DNA from: an uncultured bacterium
GTDB taxonomy: Bacteria > Verrucomicrobiota > Verrucomicrobiia > Limisphaerales > UBA8199
Assembly: GCA_963749495.1 (NCBI GenBank)
Contig: CAVVMW010000023.1
Coordinates: forward strand, 160,001-224,000
Direction: 5' to 3'
DNA: 64,000 bases
A program made the translations under genes and the position numbers. The notes beneath the pieces are model-generated. The model was given only the letters and a program-made list of their open reading frames with translations. It did no database searches and was not told the DNA's origin. Positions 31,477-40,196 of this stretch are shown here, in pieces (within the stretch, counting starts at the first letter, position 1; every line of letters begins with the position of its first letter).

Positions 31477-32493
31477 TCATTGCGGCGCGTGGCCGCGGGC
31501 GTAATCGCAGAGGGCGCGGAGGTTGGCCAGGGGGGTGTCGCGGGGGACCTCGCAGCCGGCGCCGACAATGAAGCGCGGGCCGGCCTGGCGGTGGCACTCG
31601 GAAATGCAGGCGGTAACGTCCTCGGGCGTGCCGTTGCGCAGGACCAGGACCGGGTTGACGTTGCCCAACAGCACTTGGGCGGAGCCCATGGCCCGACGCC
31701 CCTCGGCAATCGGCGAGAGGTAATCCAGGTCCACAATCTCGCACCCCAGTTTGCCCATGCCCTCGAGCAGCTTGCGCGTATTGCCGCAGATGTGCAGGCG
31801 CACCTTGCACCCGAGGCCGTGGATGCCATCCACCAGTTTCTTCTCATAAGGCCAGACAAACTCCTGGTAAAGCTGCGGGCCAACCAGCGAGGCGGCGGCG
31901 TCGCCGATGCCGATCACCTCGGCTCCCGCATCGAGCTGCGCCCGGGCGAACCTCAGTTCCATCTCGATGACGAAGCTGAAAAGGTCGCGCACAAATGCCG
32001 GGTCATCGAAGAAGTCCGTCATGATGGTATTGATGCCCCGCAGGTCGGCCGCTTCGGCAATCGGCCCTTCAACCCAGCCTTCGATGAGCTTGTCGCGCCC
32101 CACCCGTTCCCGGAACAGGCCCAGGGCCTTGATGCGGTTGTGCATCCGCCCCCCGCCCAGCGGGTCCGGGAGCTGCAGGGAAACAAGCCTCGCCTTGTCC
32201 GCCAGCAGCGCCCGCTCTTCGATGATCGCCACCGGCTGGTTCTCGAAATACTCGACGTTGGCCCCGCAATCCGCCGCCTCGCAGGCCGGGTCGGACATCG
32301 TATTGACATAGTCGAAGCCAAACTCCCGGGCGGTGCGGACCTGGCCCTCGACCAGCACCCGGTAGTCGGTGCAATACTTCCCGTAGCGCGCCCCGATGCG
32401 GTCGCAGGCGAACATCATCGTGATCGGCATCAACGGCAGCCGATCCACCGGCCGGCCCTCCAAATGGGCAAGTACTCTTTCGCGACTGGTCAT
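31477..32493 (-). CDS. MtaA/CmuA (URO-D fold) methylcobamide methyltransferase
   Basis: MTSRERV, SDPACEAADCG, GPIAEA, GD..AS, LHICG, LLGNV.P, GAGCE.P..TP. Confidence 0.88.
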   Translation of the reverse strand: MTSRERVLAHLEGRPVDRLPLMPITMMFACDRIGARYGKYCTDYRVLVEGQVRTAREFGFDYVNTMSDPACEAADCGANVEYFENQPVAIIEERALLADKARLVSLQLPDPLGGGRMHNRIKALGLFRERVGRDKLIEGWVEGPIAEAADLRGINTIMTDFFDDPAFVRDLFSFVIEMELRFARAQLDAGAEVIGIGDAAASLVGPQLYQEFVWPYEKKLVDGIHGLGCKVRLHICGNTRKLLEGMGKLGCEIVDLDYLSPIAEGRRAMGSAQVLLGNVNPVLVLRNGTPEDVTACISECHRQAGPRFIVGAGCEVPRDTPLANLRALCDYARGHAPQ

Positions 32494-32520
32494 AATTTCA
32501 AGGGTCGAGTGTCGAGTGTC

Positions 32521-32683
32521 GGGGCGCAATCGGACCCTGCCCCCGGAGCGCGGGCTTTAGCCCGCGTTGCGCGGACCTCAACGTCTTTGCCGGGCCTATT
32601 GAACATTGGGCATCCAAAGCGGACTAAAGTCCGCGCTCCGGCCATTCGGTGGTGCTGACGGAGGCAGTGTCCGATTGCGCCCC
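32521..32683. mobile_element. MITE-like element: outer IR GGGGCGCAATCGGAC around a GGAGCGCGG-CTTTAG-CCGC REP pair
   Basis: Perfect 15-bp terminal IR; flanked on both sides by GAGTGTC. Confidence 0.75.
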
Positions 32684-32740
32684 GAGTGTCGAGGGGCGAG
32701 GGTCGCTTCACTCGACCCTCGGCCCTCGACCCTCGGCCCT

Positions 32741-33613
32741 CTACACCACGCACCGCCGGATCGCGGCAATGAACTCCGGGCGCGTGCCGCAGCAGCCGCC
32801 GACGAAGCGGGCGCCCAGCTCGAGCAGTTCGGGGATGCGACCAGCAAACTCCTCCGGCGTGGCCGTGTATTGGGCGCGGCCCTCGACCATCACCGGCAGC
32901 CCGGCATTGGGCTTGAGCCAAATCGGGCGGTCGGTGGCACAGCGGAGGCGCCGGCCAATGCCGACAAACCCGGCGATGCCCTGGCCACAGTTGGCGCCGA
33001 TGACATCGGCCCCGGCCTGGGTGAGCCTCCTGGCCGCCTCCTCGGGCGTTGTGCCCATCATCGTGCGGTCTTTGTCTTTGCCGCTGTCAAAGACCATGCA
33101 CGCCACCACGGGCAGGCCGGTCTGGCGCGCGGCGGCCACTGCCAGCAGGGCCTCGTCGAGGTCGGACATGGTCTCCACCACCAGGGCGTCCGCCCCGCCC
33201 TGGGCCAGGGCCTGGGCCTGCTCGGCAAAAGCCGCCCGCACCTGCTCCTCGGTGACCTCTCCGCTCATGAGCAGTTTGCCCGTCGGGCCGATCGAGGCAA
33301 AGACCCGGGCGCGCCCGGCGGCCGCGTTGCGCGAGATCTCGACCCCGCGCCGGTTGAGCTCGGACACGTCCCCGGCGGCGGCGTGATCGCCCAGCCGGAT
33401 TCGATTGGCGCCGAAGGTATTGGTGAGGATGACTTGGCTGCCGGCCTCGACATAGGCGCGGGCGACCTCCGCCACGCGCTCCGCGTGCGTCAGGTTCCAG
33501 GCATCCGGAAACTCGCCCAGCCCCAGGCCGCGCGCCTGGAGTTGCGTGCCCCAGGCCCCGTCAGTGATGACCGCCGGGCCCTGGGCCAGCAGTTCTTCAA
33601 TCAGCGGGTTCAT
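32741..33613 (-). CDS. Homocysteine S-methyltransferase domain protein (stand-alone MetH N-terminal module)
   Basis: DGAWGTQL, TNTFGA, ASIGPTG, ETM, GANC, PNAGLP, GGCCGT zinc ligands. Confidence 0.93.
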   Translation of the reverse strand: MNPLIEELLAQGPAVITDGAWGTQLQARGLGLGEFPDAWNLTHAERVAEVARAYVEAGSQVILTNTFGANRIRLGDHAAAGDVSELNRRGVEISRNAAAGRARVFASIGPTGKLLMSGEVTEEQVRAAFAEQAQALAQGGADALVVETMSDLDEALLAVAAARQTGLPVVACMVFDSGKDKDRTMMGTTPEEAARRLTQAGADVIGANCGQGIAGFVGIGRRLRCATDRPIWLKPNAGLPVMVEGRAQYTATPEEFAGRIPELLELGARFVGGCCGTRPEFIAAIRRCVV

Positions 33614-33673
33614 GACAAGCAGGGAAGCGTGGCTCTGCAAGGCAGCTTCTCCAAACACCGTCGGCAAGCCCGC

Positions 33674-33710
33674 AAGGTTTTGGACTGCGGCAGTCCAAAA
33701 CGCTTCGCGT
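33674..33710. repeat. 37-bp REP-like hairpin repeat, copy 1
   Basis: AAGGTTTTGGACTGCGGCAGTCCAAAACGCTTCGCGT identical at 35957-35993. Confidence 0.85.
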
Positions 33711-33809
33711 CCTCGTTCGCGCGGCCGCGGTTCGGTTCAGGGTCTCAGTGCGGGATTTCACAATCATGGGGCTTTCCAGGCTGCTCCCGGCGTCTCGAGA
33801 GGCAGGCCC

Positions 33810-34448
33810 TCAGCCGGCGGCCACCGCCTTCTTGGCCAGCGCCACCGCGCCGACCGCGTTCTCGCTGTAGCCGTCGGCGCCGATCTCGTCGGCGTACTTC
33901 TGCGTGATGGGCGCGCCGCCGATGAGGACTTTGACCTGGTTGCGCACGCCGGCTTGTTTGAGGACCTCGATGGTCGTCCTCATGGCCGGCATGGTGGTCG
34001 TGAGCAAGGCCGACATGGCGATGATATTGGCCTGCTGTTGCCTGACTGTTTCGATGAATTTCTCGGGCGACACGTTGACGCCCAGGTCGATCACCTCGAA
34101 GCCGCCCCCTTCCAGGAGCGAGCCGACGAGGTTCTTGCCGATGTCGTGCAAATCGCCTTTGACGGTCCCGATGGCCACGCGGCCCAGGGGCTTATCGCCC
34201 CGCGCCGTGAGCAGAGGGCGAACCAGTTCGAGGGCGGCTTTCATGGCCCGGGCGGAGATGAGCAATTCCGGCACAAAATAATCGTTGCACTCGAAGCGGC
34301 GGCCCACTTCGTCCATGGCGGGCACCAGGTGCTCGTTGACCAGCGTGAGGGGATCGACCCCCTCGGCCAGGGCTTGTTGGGTCAAGGTCTGTGTGGTCTT
34401 GGCATCGCCCCTGACCACCGCTTCGTAGAGTTCTTTGAGGTCCGGCAT
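33810..34448 (-). CDS. Corrinoid (B12-binding) protein of a methyltransferase system
   Basis: M.EVG.RF...YFVPELL cap, GDLHDIGKNLV, DLG.NV, SALLTTT, IGGAP. Confidence 0.95.
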   Translation of the reverse strand: MPDLKELYEAVVRGDAKTTQTLTQQALAEGVDPLTLVNEHLVPAMDEVGRRFECNDYFVPELLISARAMKAALELVRPLLTARGDKPLGRVAIGTVKGDLHDIGKNLVGSLLEGGGFEVIDLGVNVSPEKFIETVRQQQANIIAMSALLTTTMPAMRTTIEVLKQAGVRNQVKVLIGGAPITQKYADEIGADGYSENAVGAVALAKKAVAAG

Positions 34449-34552
34449 AAGAGTCCTTTCAATATCAATATAAAGTATCTTCAGACGCTGCCGCCAGATT
34501 AGAACGGCGCCCCCGGGCAAGTCAATGCTCCATCGAAAGCGATGGTTCCGCG

Positions 34553-35860
34553 TCAAAACGGGATGTAAGCGTAGCCCCGGGATTGGAGATCGACAATCCG
34601 CTGGTACGCCCCCGGCACGACTGTAATGCCCTGCAGCAGATCATCCTTGGACCAGCCGCGCTCCTTCATTTCCAGCCCACACACCTCGACGCTTACCCCA
34701 CAACCCAGGAGTTTCTCGACAAGGAGTCTGTTTGGATTCCCTTGCTCCGTCCGCGTGAACGCACGATAGGGGCCGTCCTTGAGCAGCCAATAACCGGCCT
34801 CCCCGTGGAGGACCACGCTGATGTGCAGTTCGTCGCGCGGAACCCCTATCAATTCGTAATCCTCGACGAGCCGCTCCACTCGGGCCAGGCCTGAACCCAC
34901 ATTGTTCGTCCAGGCATTCCGGTCCACGCCGCACACGACCGCGATGTCACGACACACCTCGATGGGGCCGGAATCAGCGGGGGGTGCCATCCAGCCCCAC
35001 GAGGCGAAGATGCGGGCACCCTCGGGCGAGGCCAGAAACTCGATGAACCGAGCCGCCAGCGGGTTGTTCCGACCCCGCCGCGTCAGCGCCACGCTGCACT
35101 GGCGGAAGATCCTGTACTCCTTGTGGACCTGGATCAGCTTCGCCTCCGTACGCAGGGGGGCCTGCCAGATGTCCCAGGTGAGCCAGGCGTCGATATCCTT
35201 CTTGTCCCGCCAGAGGCGGACGGCCTCCGCACTATTGGCCGCGTAGAAGGCAATGTTCTGCCGGAGTTTGCGTAGCGTTTGGACATCGCCCTTCCGGCCC
35301 GCCATGTCTTCCCACAGGCCGGTTTGGCCGGAGCCGGTAACGACCATCACTCGCACTCCGGGCCGCAAAAGATCGGGGAAGTCTTCGATCCGCTTCGGGT
35401 TCCCAGGGCGCACGAGAATGGCCGACGAGCGCATGTAGAGGGGCTTGACCGTCGAGGGATCGACTTGGAGCAGCGCGTTGCTGACGAACCGGGACATCAT
35501 GAAGTCGGCGCTGCTGCAAACCACGTCCGCGTCCGCGGCGGCCCGTTCAATCCACTCGGACGGGGGTCCGCCGACCACCTTCACCGCGTCGTCCGCAGAG
35601 AAGGTCGTGGCGGCCTCGTGCAGAGCGGGGCCGGGGCCCTCGGCCGAATAAACCCGCACCGGCGCTTGAGCAAGCGCCTCCTGCCACCCAAGGACGGCCA
35701 AACTGACGGCCGCCAACAACCCGCCAACACTGCAGGTCCGGGCGAGAAACCCATCGGCTATACGTTTTCGCCAGGAGAGCTGGCAGGCATTGAGTTCCGA
35801 GGCGCAAAGAGAATTAGATGCAACAGAGTTCACAGGTTGAGAATCAGCACAACTGCTCAT
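34553..35860 (-). CDS. AcfC/ModA-like periplasmic binding protein fused to a DsrE-like domain
   Basis: LY.R...ILVRPGNPK.I..F.DLL.PG, GSGQTGLWED, IDAW..W..W; C-terminal VVLHG, VEVCG, VVPG...IV.LQ..GYAYI; start uncertain. Confidence 0.78.
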   Translation of the reverse strand: MSSCADSQPVNSVASNSLCASELNACQLSWRKRIADGFLARTCSVGGLLAAVSLAVLGWQEALAQAPVRVYSAEGPGPALHEAATTFSADDAVKVVGGPPSEWIERAAADADVVCSSADFMMSRFVSNALLQVDPSTVKPLYMRSSAILVRPGNPKRIEDFPDLLRPGVRVMVVTGSGQTGLWEDMAGRKGDVQTLRKLRQNIAFYAANSAEAVRLWRDKKDIDAWLTWDIWQAPLRTEAKLIQVHKEYRIFRQCSVALTRRGRNNPLAARFIEFLASPEGARIFASWGWMAPPADSGPIEVCRDIAVVCGVDRNAWTNNVGSGLARVERLVEDYELIGVPRDELHISVVLHGEAGYWLLKDGPYRAFTRTEQGNPNRLLVEKLLGCGVSVEVCGLEMKERGWSKDDLLQGITVVPGAYQRIVDLQSRGYAYIPF

Positions 35861-35956
35861 GTTGTCAAGGCCAAAACGGACCGCTTGGTAAGGCCCCAGG
35901 GGAGGCGGGGGCGACACGGCGCGCAGACCCCTCTCGATGAACCGACCCCGAGCCCG

Positions 35957-35993
35957 AAGGTTTTGGACTGCGGCAGTCCAAAACGCTTCGCGT
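35957..35993. repeat. 37-bp REP-like hairpin repeat, copy 2
   Basis: Identical to 33674-33710. Confidence 0.85.
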
Positions 35994-36047
35994 TGGGCGA
36001 CGCCCTTTCGGTGCCACTCCCGCCCTCACTGAGGCACTATACCGCTT

Positions 36048-36190
36048 GGCGCGGCCCCAGGGCCGATTCAGGCAAGGAGCGCAGACGCCCTCGTCCGCCT
36101 GTCGGGAACCCCCATGAAAGAAACGCGCGGACGAGGGCGTGCGCGCTCCTAATCGTGCGCTTCTTGAATCGGCCCCGGCGCGGCCCCAGG
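36048..36190. mobile_element. MITE-like element flanked by 14-bp direct repeats
   Basis: GGCGCGGCCCCAGG at 36048-36061 and 36177-36190; outer IR GGGCCGATTCA/TGAATCGGCCC; inner ACGCCCTCGTCCGC/GCGGACGAGGGCGT. Confidence 0.75.
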
Positions 36191-36291
36191 TGTGAAAAGT
36201 CGCGCGCGGTTTGACACATTCTCAAGACGGCCGCCGCGGGGGCAATCCGTTCGAGGGCGCGGCATCGTTTCGACCGGCGCCGAGGAGTCCT

Positions 36292-37521
36292 CTAATGGGC
36301 TCCTTTGTACCGGGGATGTTTCGTGTGGACAGGCAGTCGGTTCACGATCCACCGATAAACCAGGACCTCGATGGTAATAATGGTGGCAACGACGACCACC
36401 TCTTTCCAGCGGAAGAACTCCCGGTGCGGGAGTTCCCACTGAAAGGCGAACATGGAAACAGTGAAGCGGTTGGCTACGACTCCAAGAATGGTCAGGAGGG
36501 CGGTGAATCGCACCAATCTCACGTTCGCCCTCCGAACCCCGGTCAGGAAGAGGCCGCACGGGAGGAGCACGAAACCAATCACCTCAATCGCGAACCAGAC
36601 CCCGTAATCGGACCGAAAAAGGGCCCAATGATGGCCGTGGGCCAACGCAACCATTTTCAAGCCAAAATAGGTGAACAGAACCAGCGCTGCCCCTTTCCCG
36701 AGCCCAAGGGTGAGGCCGTCCAGGGCTTGGCGGTTGGGCTCGTCCATGCGGTGGGGCAGAAATCGGCTCACCAAGGTGCTCTCCACGATCACCATGGAAA
36801 GCCCGGCGGCGATGCTCGAGACGAAAAACAACAAAGGCAGGTAAGGAGAATACCACAGCGGGTGCAGTTTGGCGGGGGCAAGGAGAAACAACGCGCCCAA
36901 GGCGGATTGGTGGAGCGTGGAGAGAATGACGCCAAAGATGGTGGCCCCAACCGTCACCCGCAGAGCCCAGCGCCGGAACCGGTCGGCCCCCAGCCATTCG
37001 AAGATGGCCGGACAGAACTCCACCAGTTGCGTCGAGAGGTAGAGGGCCACGTGCCAAGCCACCAGGAACATCACCGAACCGGTTCCGAATGACTTGAACA
37101 TGGGGTAGGGCAGACGCCAGGGCATCCCCAAGTCCACCAGCAGGTAAATGACGGCAAACAAGTACCCGATGAAGCCGGTCAGGACGGCCGGGCGCAACAG
37201 GGGATAATAGTGCTTAAGCCCAAAAAGATAGACCGCCGACGCCATGAGGAATCCGGTCGAGGCCAACGGAACGCCCAAGAAAAGCCCCCAACCCAAGAAT
37301 AGCCCCCACGGCTGGTCGTTCGAGGCCTGGGTGACGGCGCCCAAGCCCAGCACGTACCTCATCACGATCAACGGCAGACCGGCCAGGATGATGAAGGCCG
37401 CCCCCAGATGAAAGGGAGTGATGAGCGCCCGAAGATACTCTGGCAAAGGTCTGCCCTCGAACAGATGCTCCTGCACCCATTGCCGGGCCGGAACCGACGC
37501 CTCGCCAACCTTGATCGTCAT
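36292..37521 (-). CDS. NrfD/PsrC family membrane anchor (HmcC/HybB-like)
   Basis: GLGAVT..S...PWG, DLG.PWRL, SVMF.VAWHV, LSTLHQS.LG, KLHPLW; many TM helices. Confidence 0.9.
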   Translation of the reverse strand: MTIKVGEASVPARQWVQEHLFEGRPLPEYLRALITPFHLGAAFIILAGLPLIVMRYVLGLGAVTQASNDQPWGLFLGWGLFLGVPLASTGFLMASAVYLFGLKHYYPLLRPAVLTGFIGYLFAVIYLLVDLGMPWRLPYPMFKSFGTGSVMFLVAWHVALYLSTQLVEFCPAIFEWLGADRFRRWALRVTVGATIFGVILSTLHQSALGALFLLAPAKLHPLWYSPYLPLLFFVSSIAAGLSMVIVESTLVSRFLPHRMDEPNRQALDGLTLGLGKGAALVLFTYFGLKMVALAHGHHWALFRSDYGVWFAIEVIGFVLLPCGLFLTGVRRANVRLVRFTALLTILGVVANRFTVSMFAFQWELPHREFFRWKEVVVVATIITIEVLVYRWIVNRLPVHTKHPRYKGAH

Positions 37522-38443
37522 GAGACCTCCTTCTGGTCCGCCGGGCCTCCGCTGCCGCTGCCCAGAGCTTGCTGCCGGCTCTTGGCAAACAAATGGAATC
37601 CGCCCAACAAAGCCGGCCAAACCACAAAGACGACCGGAACGGCGGACAGAAACCCGCGAGTATACTCGGGGAAGGGTTTCGTGCCCAAGCCCATGGGGAA
37701 CCCAATCGTGGCGAAGGGGACTTGCGAGAGGTAGAGCCAGGTGGTTCCGCCGGCTTCCTCGACCCCATAGACCTGGTCCTGGTATTTGCCGGGATGCTTC
37801 TCCATCGTCTGGGCCGCCAGCTTGATCAGGTCACTCCGCTTGCCGAAAGTAATGGCCTCCCGGGGACAGATGGCCGCACAGGCCGGCCGTTGGCCACGCT
37901 GGATGCGCTCGTAACACAAGGTGCATTTCCGGACCTTGGGGGAGGTGGGATTGTGGTACTCGTAAGCGGGAATATTGAACGGGCAGGCGATCATGCAATA
38001 GCGGCAACCCAGGCACAGGTCCTTGTTATAGACCACCGCTCCCTCCTTGGTTTTGCGCATGGCACCGACCAGGCAGGCCGAGGCGCAGGCGGCTCGTTGC
38101 AGTGCATGCACTGCTTCTTGACGAAGAGTGAAGGCTGGCCTGGTTGCGCCGGAGGATAGCGATTGACCACGGTGTAGTTGTCCGCATCCGTGCGGCGTTG
38201 CCGCTCGAAAACGGCCTGGTCTTCCAGCGGGCCGGTGACCGGCGGCAGGTGGTTGGCCTGCTTGCAGGCCTCTTCGCATTTGCGGCAGCCAATGCACAGA
38301 GACAAGTCCATGAGCATGCCAACGCGGTCCGGGTAGCCGGTGAAGTGCTCGACCGGGCTGACGGCGCCCGCGCGCTCACCCAGGAAGAGGGCGCCGGCGC
38401 CTGCGGCAATCCCCTTTACGAATTGACGGCGATTGCTTTTCAT
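37518..38443 (-). CDS. Tat-exported 4Fe-4S protein (HmcB/HybA-like), frameshift near 38090
   Basis: NRRQFVK; CIGCRKCEEAC, CMHC.EP/ACASAC, CLGCRYCMIACP, KC.LC...PACAAICP; C-terminal TM helix. Confidence 0.9.
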
Positions 38444-38471
38444 AAACTTCGTCGTGCGCTCGGATGAGGAA

Positions 38472-39470
38472 TCACGGTGTTTTCGAGATTGTGCCCGGGA
38501 GCTTTTCCGGGTAGGTGATTTTCTCCTTCTCTTCGTGGCACTCCGAACAAGTGGGTCTCCGGTCGAACCTGCTCCCCGCGTGGCAATCAACGCACGCCGC
38601 AGCCTGATGGCTCTTGTCCAGCACCAAGCCCGTCTGCTGGTGACTGAACGCGGGGATCTCCTGGTCCGAATGACAATGGGAGCACTTTGCCTTTTTGTCC
38701 TCGGCAGTTTCGTGGCAACCGGAGCAGGGCGAATGATGCTCCGTGAAAGTCTTGGTTGGCACCGCCGGCCTTTCCGGCTTGTGACACTGGCTGCAGTTTT
38801 GCTCGCGGTGGCAGCTCACGCATTTGAAGCCGAAACGTTTGACATGCTCCTCGTGGCGGAAGGTAACCAGTTTTCCAGGCTCGTGCTTGGTTTCGAACAT
38901 CCTCATCACGGGTTCTTCGGCATTGGGATGGAGCCGGCCCATGATATCCGTCGGGTCGGGAATCTTGACGGCCACGGAGTTGGCGGTCTTTTTGGCGTGG
39001 CACACCACACACTCGGTTTCGTGGCTCCACTCCCGGTGGCAGTTCAGGCACTGGCGGTGGTAGGCGCCTTTGAGGCTGGGTTTGGCCAGGTCTTGGGAAC
39101 TGCCCGCATCGTGGCAGTCGCGGCAACGCAGAATGCCTTGGGAGGGATTGTAGTGGTGACACAGGGCGCAGCCACCGCCTATTTCCGTCATCTGGGCGTG
39201 CAGCCGATGCGCGAAGACGACCGGGACGTACTGGCTTGAGAGCTGGTCCAGCAAGACCACCTCCGGCCCCTTGTTCGTGGACAGGCGCGCGCAAGGAGCC
39301 AACCCAGGGGCCTCCTTGGTGGGATTGGGACTGGCGTGGCAGTCGGAACACTTGCGTTCCGCCGCGGCGGCAGCGGGTGCCTTGATGGCCTCTCCGCTGT
39401 TGCCGGCCAGTTCCGCACCAACCACCGCGAACGAAAGGACCGCGAAAAGCGCAAGGATCCTGCAGCGCAT
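38472..39470 (-). CDS. Cytochrome c3-family multihaem protein (11 CxxCH; compact HmcA-like)
   Basis: Signal peptide; 11 CxxCH counted; V.F.H..H and LKGAYHRQC motifs of class III cytochromes. Confidence 0.9.
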   Translation of the reverse strand: MRCRILALFAVLSFAVVGAELAGNSGEAIKAPAAAAAERKCSDCHASPNPTKEAPGLAPCARLSTNKGPEVVLLDQLSSQYVPVVFAHRLHAQMTEIGGGCALCHHYNPSQGILRCRDCHDAGSSQDLAKPSLKGAYHRQCLNCHREWSHETECVVCHAKKTANSVAVKIPDPTDIMGRLHPNAEEPVMRMFETKHEPGKLVTFRHEEHVKRFGFKCVSCHREQNCSQCHKPERPAVPTKTFTEHHSPCSGCHETAEDKKAKCSHCHSDQEIPAFSHQQTGLVLDKSHQAAACVDCHAGSRFDRRPTCSECHEEKEKITYPEKLPGTISKTP

Positions 39471-39620
39471 TCAGATGTCCTCTGGTTCCTTTCCTTTGTT
39501 CAACAACTTCCAGAACAGCAAAAACAGCAGAAGGAAAACGACCGCGATGATGTACTCAACACCTTTGGTCAGATTAATGAACTCCTGCAGGGTGTCGGGA
39601 CCGCTCGTGTCAGTGATCAT
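39471..39620 (-). CDS. HmcD-like small membrane subunit
   Basis: TLQEFINLTKGVEYIIAVVFLLLFLLFWKLL; abuts the cytochrome start. Confidence 0.72.
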   Translation of the reverse strand: MITDTSGPDTLQEFINLTKGVEYIIAVVFLLLFLLFWKLLNKGKEPEDI

Positions 39621-40196
39621 GGCGCAACCTGGGTGGATAGGACTCTGGCGGGGCGGCCAGGGCGGCACTGGCCAGCCCGGCCCCGGGGGGTCCCGGGCCG
39701 CGAATCCGCGCCCCCCCGAACCCGGTGGCCCGGGTCCAGGGTGGCGGACATCGCCTGGCGCAGCTTCGGCCGGCCGCGGGGCCGCCTTGCGGGCTTTCCA
39801 GTTGCCGACAGAGCCAGTGTCACGCCGGCAGTCTAGCCATCAGGCACCTTGACGCTCCCCATTCCTTGGCAAACCCTTTGCATTTTTTGCTGTGATAGGG
39901 CAAAGACGCGTCATCCATGAGGATCGAAGACGGGTTCCGGTTCCCCGAAAAGCTGAGAATGCCACGGTAAAGGCGGGGCCAGCGCCGGCGGACCCAGGCC
40001 CGGCGCGGGCACTCACCGGCGCCTCAAAGCGCTGAACATTATTCGGCTTTGGCAAAACAAAGAATGACTAACTTGTTTGTCATGATAGATTAAATATCCT
40101 CATTGATGGGTTAAGGAGTCGCATGAACCCGATGCCGCCGGTGGCCATGGAGGCAGGGGTGTCCACGTGGACCTTGCTCCGGGCCCGGGGCGGCGC

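Noticed and set aside
34449..34552. Cobalamin riboswitch upstream of the corrinoid gene
   Set aside because: The gap is only ~100 bp and no B12-box was recognisable by eye; an Rfam scan would settle it
39867..39882. Sigma-54-like TGGCA-N-TTGCA site
   Set aside because: GG-N10-GC spacing is right, but it is on the + strand facing away from the hmc-like operon with no credible downstream gene
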